A stretch of 62,157 nucleotides of DNA, filler included, from Nanobdellati archaeon (GTDB lineage Archaea; Nanobdellota; Nanobdellia; Woesearchaeales; JAADFO01), in NCBI GenBank assembly GCA_013152815.1. It is 8 parts of 8 records of this genome, joined end to end, with 100 filler letters (N's around TTAATTAATTAA, not from the genome) between each part and the next. Parts side by side here need not be neighbours in the genome. Positions count along the whole stretch, not along the records: positions 58,298 to 62,157 come from JAADFO010000055.1; 7 more parts are not named here. One strand, given 5' to 3'. The position numbers and the translations under genes were made by a program. Position 1 is the stretch's first letter. The number at the start of each line of letters is the position of its first letter. The notes beneath the pieces were generated by a model, which was given only the letters and a program-made list of their open reading frames with translations, made no database searches and was not told where the DNA came from. Shown here one piece after another: positions 59,208 to 62,157 of the stretch.

Positions 59208-60425
59208 TCACATCGCGTTTTTTCTCTTTTTGGTCCGATAGATGACAAAACCCACCAGAAAGAGTGTCTGCACACCTATGAACAGGAGAATTATCCGTAT
59301 CATATTGCTGTTCTCCCCTTCACTGGCGACGACCTTGCCCGTCAGGACCGTATCGGCGGTGATAGAGTCCTCTTCGACCGTGATGTTGAATCTTTCCTCA
59401 GTGGTCTTCTTCAGGTAATGGAGGTCGACAGTGAGCAGATACGCACCGGCAAGCACCTGGGTGGTATCCCAGAATGCGTCAACTACCTGTGTGGCGAAGG
59501 GGTCGAAGAAAGTCTCGGCGGTCTTGTATTCTGCATAGACAGTCCCGGAAGCGTCCTCGATTCTCACTTTCGCGTATGCCTCATCGATGGGAAGGTTCCA
59601 GTTCGAGGATATCGCTATCGCAAGTTTGGCGATGCCGCCAAGCCTGAAATTGGCCACATCTATGGACTCCACGGCAAGGAGGGGTTCGCCGATGCTGAAC
59701 GCGACGTCTTTACTGACACTGAATTCTCCGTCAGAGACGCTCAATGTGGCGCGGTACCTTCCAGCATGCAGGGCAGGGGTCCAGAGAATGGGAAATTTCT
59801 TTGTCTCCTTGCTCCGTAAGGTGAGCTCGTCCCCTGGAATGACAGCAACTTTGTTGTTCAGGGGACCGTAGATGGTGATGATGGGATTGATGCTGATAAG
59901 GTCTTCATCTCCCAGATTCTGGATCTCCACGTTGAAGAATCCTTCTTTGCCTATCTCTAAGACTCCTGGAGAGATCCTGATCCTTGCATATTTCCCGGTG
60001 ATAGGCACCATCAGTCTGACCGTCTGAGAGACCGCGACGCTTGCGGATACGACAGCATCTCCTGCAGACACCTTCTTCGGTATCTGGATGGCGGTCACTT
60101 TACCGGTGATCTCTCCTTTATTTGCCATGTTCGGCGGAAACTTCAGCGTATAGGTGATGATCTTCTCTTTTTCGCCCTTTGCAAATGAGACTAGGGGATC
60201 ACTGAAGCGGATGTACTGCGCAGTATCCCCCTCTGCACGGAGGAGGATGTCAAACTCGCCTCCGGCCGGATTCATGAGCTTCATCCTGACATGGATATCC
60301 TTCCCTCCAGCATAGAAGACATCCCGTTCTGCAGGGACCACGCCAAAGCCGAAGACAGGGTTCGCGAAGAGCAGGAAAGCTAGGATGAAGAGCATACTGT
60401 AGCCGAATGTTCTGTTCATGCTCAT
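59208..60425 (-). CDS. Surface protein with Ig-like domains and C-terminal TM anchor
   Basis: Signal peptide, beta-sandwich patterns, LTGKVV followed by a TM helix. Confidence 0.8.
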   Translation of the reverse strand: MSMNRTFGYSMLFILAFLLFANPVFGFGVVPAERDVFYAGGKDIHVRMKLMNPAGGEFDILLRAEGDTAQYIRFSDPLVSFAKGEKEKIITYTLKFPPNMANKGEITGKVTAIQIPKKVSAGDAVVSASVAVSQTVRLMVPITGKYARIRISPGVLEIGKEGFFNVEIQNLGDEDLISINPIITIYGPLNNKVAVIPGDELTLRSKETKKFPILWTPALHAGRYRATLSVSDGEFSVSKDVAFSIGEPLLAVESIDVANFRLGGIAKLAIAISSNWNLPIDEAYAKVRIEDASGTVYAEYKTAETFFDPFATQVVDAFWDTTQVLAGAYLLTVDLHYLKKTTEERFNITVEEDSITADTVLTGKVVASEGENSNMIRIILLFIGVQTLFLVGFVIYRTKKRKNAM

Positions 60426-62157
60426 CCTGGATAGGTGCTGGCCCAGAAGATCACTCTGCTCGTTTTCGTCGAAGGCGGTTCATCTGATCGTGCCGCTATG
60501 CGGATATCGACAGCCATCGAGTCTGCCCCGTCGCTGTGGTTCAGCTGTCTTATCAGAGACAGCTTGTGGCTGCTCATGTTCGCCCATGACGTCTGGGATG
60601 CGGCCCAGTCGAAAGTGCCGCCTTCATCGGTGCGGTTGGCCTTGAACTGATAGTAACGTGTACCCAGCCCTGCCTTCTCGCTGTCCCAGAGCGACGTCGC
60701 ATTGATAGAGATGTTGGCCTCCCAGTTGCCGTCGTTCTCTATGCGGAAGGGAGGGGGATTGTTCGTGGTCGTATCGTTCGCGTCTCCGGGAAAAAGGCTT
60801 CCGAAGGCGATCGTGTCTGTCTCGACCGTTATGGAGAGATACTTCTCGACAGAGAAGTTGAAGATGTCGCTCCAGTTGCCGTCCAATTCCCCGTCATTTG
60901 CCCGCACACGCCAGTAATAGACCGTGAAGTCGAGTTCAGTCGCGTTATAATAGCTGTTCGCCGCTATCTGCGAGATGTTGAGTTCCAAAGCGCTCATGTC
61001 GGCGTACCGGGAGAGCTGGAAGGTATAGGTCAGGGTATCGTTGTCAGGATCGGTGGCGTTGGTCCAGTTGTACCGGGGAGTGCGGTTGGTGAACATGTCG
61101 GTGTTGTTGGCAGGATAGTTGAGGATGGGCAGGCCGGGATATCGGTTGATGGTCACCTTGTCCGATGCAGGAGTGCCATTCACCGTCCCGTCGAAGGGGG
61201 TCACGGTGCAGTTCCACTCCTCTCCTGCAGAGGTGTCGGCAGAACTGATAGTATCGGACCACAGAGAGCTGTACTGCAGTGTCCTGAAGAGAACACCGTT
61301 CCTGTACCACTGATAGGTATAGTTGATGTAATCGTTATCGGCGTCGGTCGCGTTGGTGGTGATGGTGCAGGCAAGATCAGAAGAGACAGCAGAATCGTCC
61401 GGGGTGAGGTCCATGGCCAGGCCAGCAGGGGCAGTGTTCTGGACAGACGCCGCCGTGCTGTTCAGCCAACTGCCATAATCTGCATTATCATAGGCAAGAC
61501 AGCTGAAGGTCCAGTTATCCCCTTTTGCCGTCCACTGACGAGCCACTGCAGAGACATGACGAAGCTGGCCCTCAGCAAAGCCGTCGAAAAAAACGTGCTT
61601 GTCGTATTGACAAAGACAGAATTGTTCTGCGCAACAGTGGTCAGACCATCACCCAACTCACCAGAAACACCCCCGCCATTACAGAGCAGCCTGCTGTCGT
61701 TCATCCGCACGATGCAGGTATGCTGGTATCCTGCCACGACAGTCATCACCGCAAAAGTGTTGTTCATGAGTGTCGGAACGTTCCTCTGCGTCGTCGTGCC
61801 ATCCCCCAACTGACCATTGAGATTGGAGCCCCAACACAGGACACGGCTATCATTCAGCCGGATACCGCATGAAAAATAATCGTCCAAAGAGAGCTGACGA
61901 TACCCTGCAGCATCTGAAGTAAGCGTCGGAACGCCCTTATTTGATGTTCCTCCATTACCAAGAGCGCCCAAACCCCCGTTCCCCCAACACAAGACCCTGC
62001 TATCATTCAGACGGATACCACAGGCATGACCAGTTCCTGCAGCGATCGAAAGGTAAGGGGATGCGTCATTCGTCAGCTGCGGATGAGGCATGCTACCCGC
62101 ATTATACGTCGTACCGTTCCCCAACTGACCAGCGGTATTTGCTCCCCAACACAAGAC
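60422..62157 (-). CDS. Large surface protein: RCC1-like repeats + Ig/FN3-like domains; frameshift near 61590; 5' end outside window
   Basis: Repeats of (C)GIRLNDSRVLCWGxNxxGQLGxG, followed by YQWYRNG/WNCTVTP and YYWRVRA domains in another frame. Confidence 0.75.

Noticed and set aside
58298..62157. Diversity-generating retroelement
   Set aside because: No reverse transcriptase and no TR/VR pair differing at adenines was found in the window.

Overview
Archaeal draft-genome DNA, most consistent with a DPANN archaeon, probably Woesearchaeota. Evidence: a fused PriS-PriL primase, archaeal LeuRS, Rpo10 and RFC-S, PpcA, a stand-alone 5S rRNA, a double-domain Lrp regulator and a PGF-pre-PGF surface protease. 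The window is 8 contigs joined by seven artificial 100-nt linkers (N44-TTAATTAATTAA-N44), so synteny across the gaps is meaningless. Housekeeping content includes leuS, ppcA, Rqc2/NFACT, ugd, UDP-glucuronate decarboxylase, the tyrS C-terminus, an Xaa-Pro peptidase, tldD/E, purH, purN, rdgB, transketolase, trpB, rfcS, AlkD, MPG, tRNA-Ser(GCT) and a partial initiator tRNA-Met. There are also many toxin-antitoxin modules (3 MNT-HEPN, AbrB-PIN, 2 RelE-like) and surface proteins. The most unusual observations are: (1) two degenerate copies of the 5S rRNA 3' half stacked downstream of the 5S gene, bracketing an AT-rich cargo gene, as if 5S rRNA were a recurrent integration target; (2) an 88-bp hairpin-forming direct repeat exactly framing an MNT-HEPN module; (3) a ~120-nt four-way-junction RNA candidate between a TATA box and tRNA-Ser; (4) a shared N-terminal LExx[VIL] tag on six proteins from several unrelated families; (5) an abrupt mid-gene switch to exclusively T/G-ending codons in a membrane-anchored protein gene. 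Three single-base frameshifts are probably sequencing errors. All family calls come from motif recognition by eye; no searches were run.
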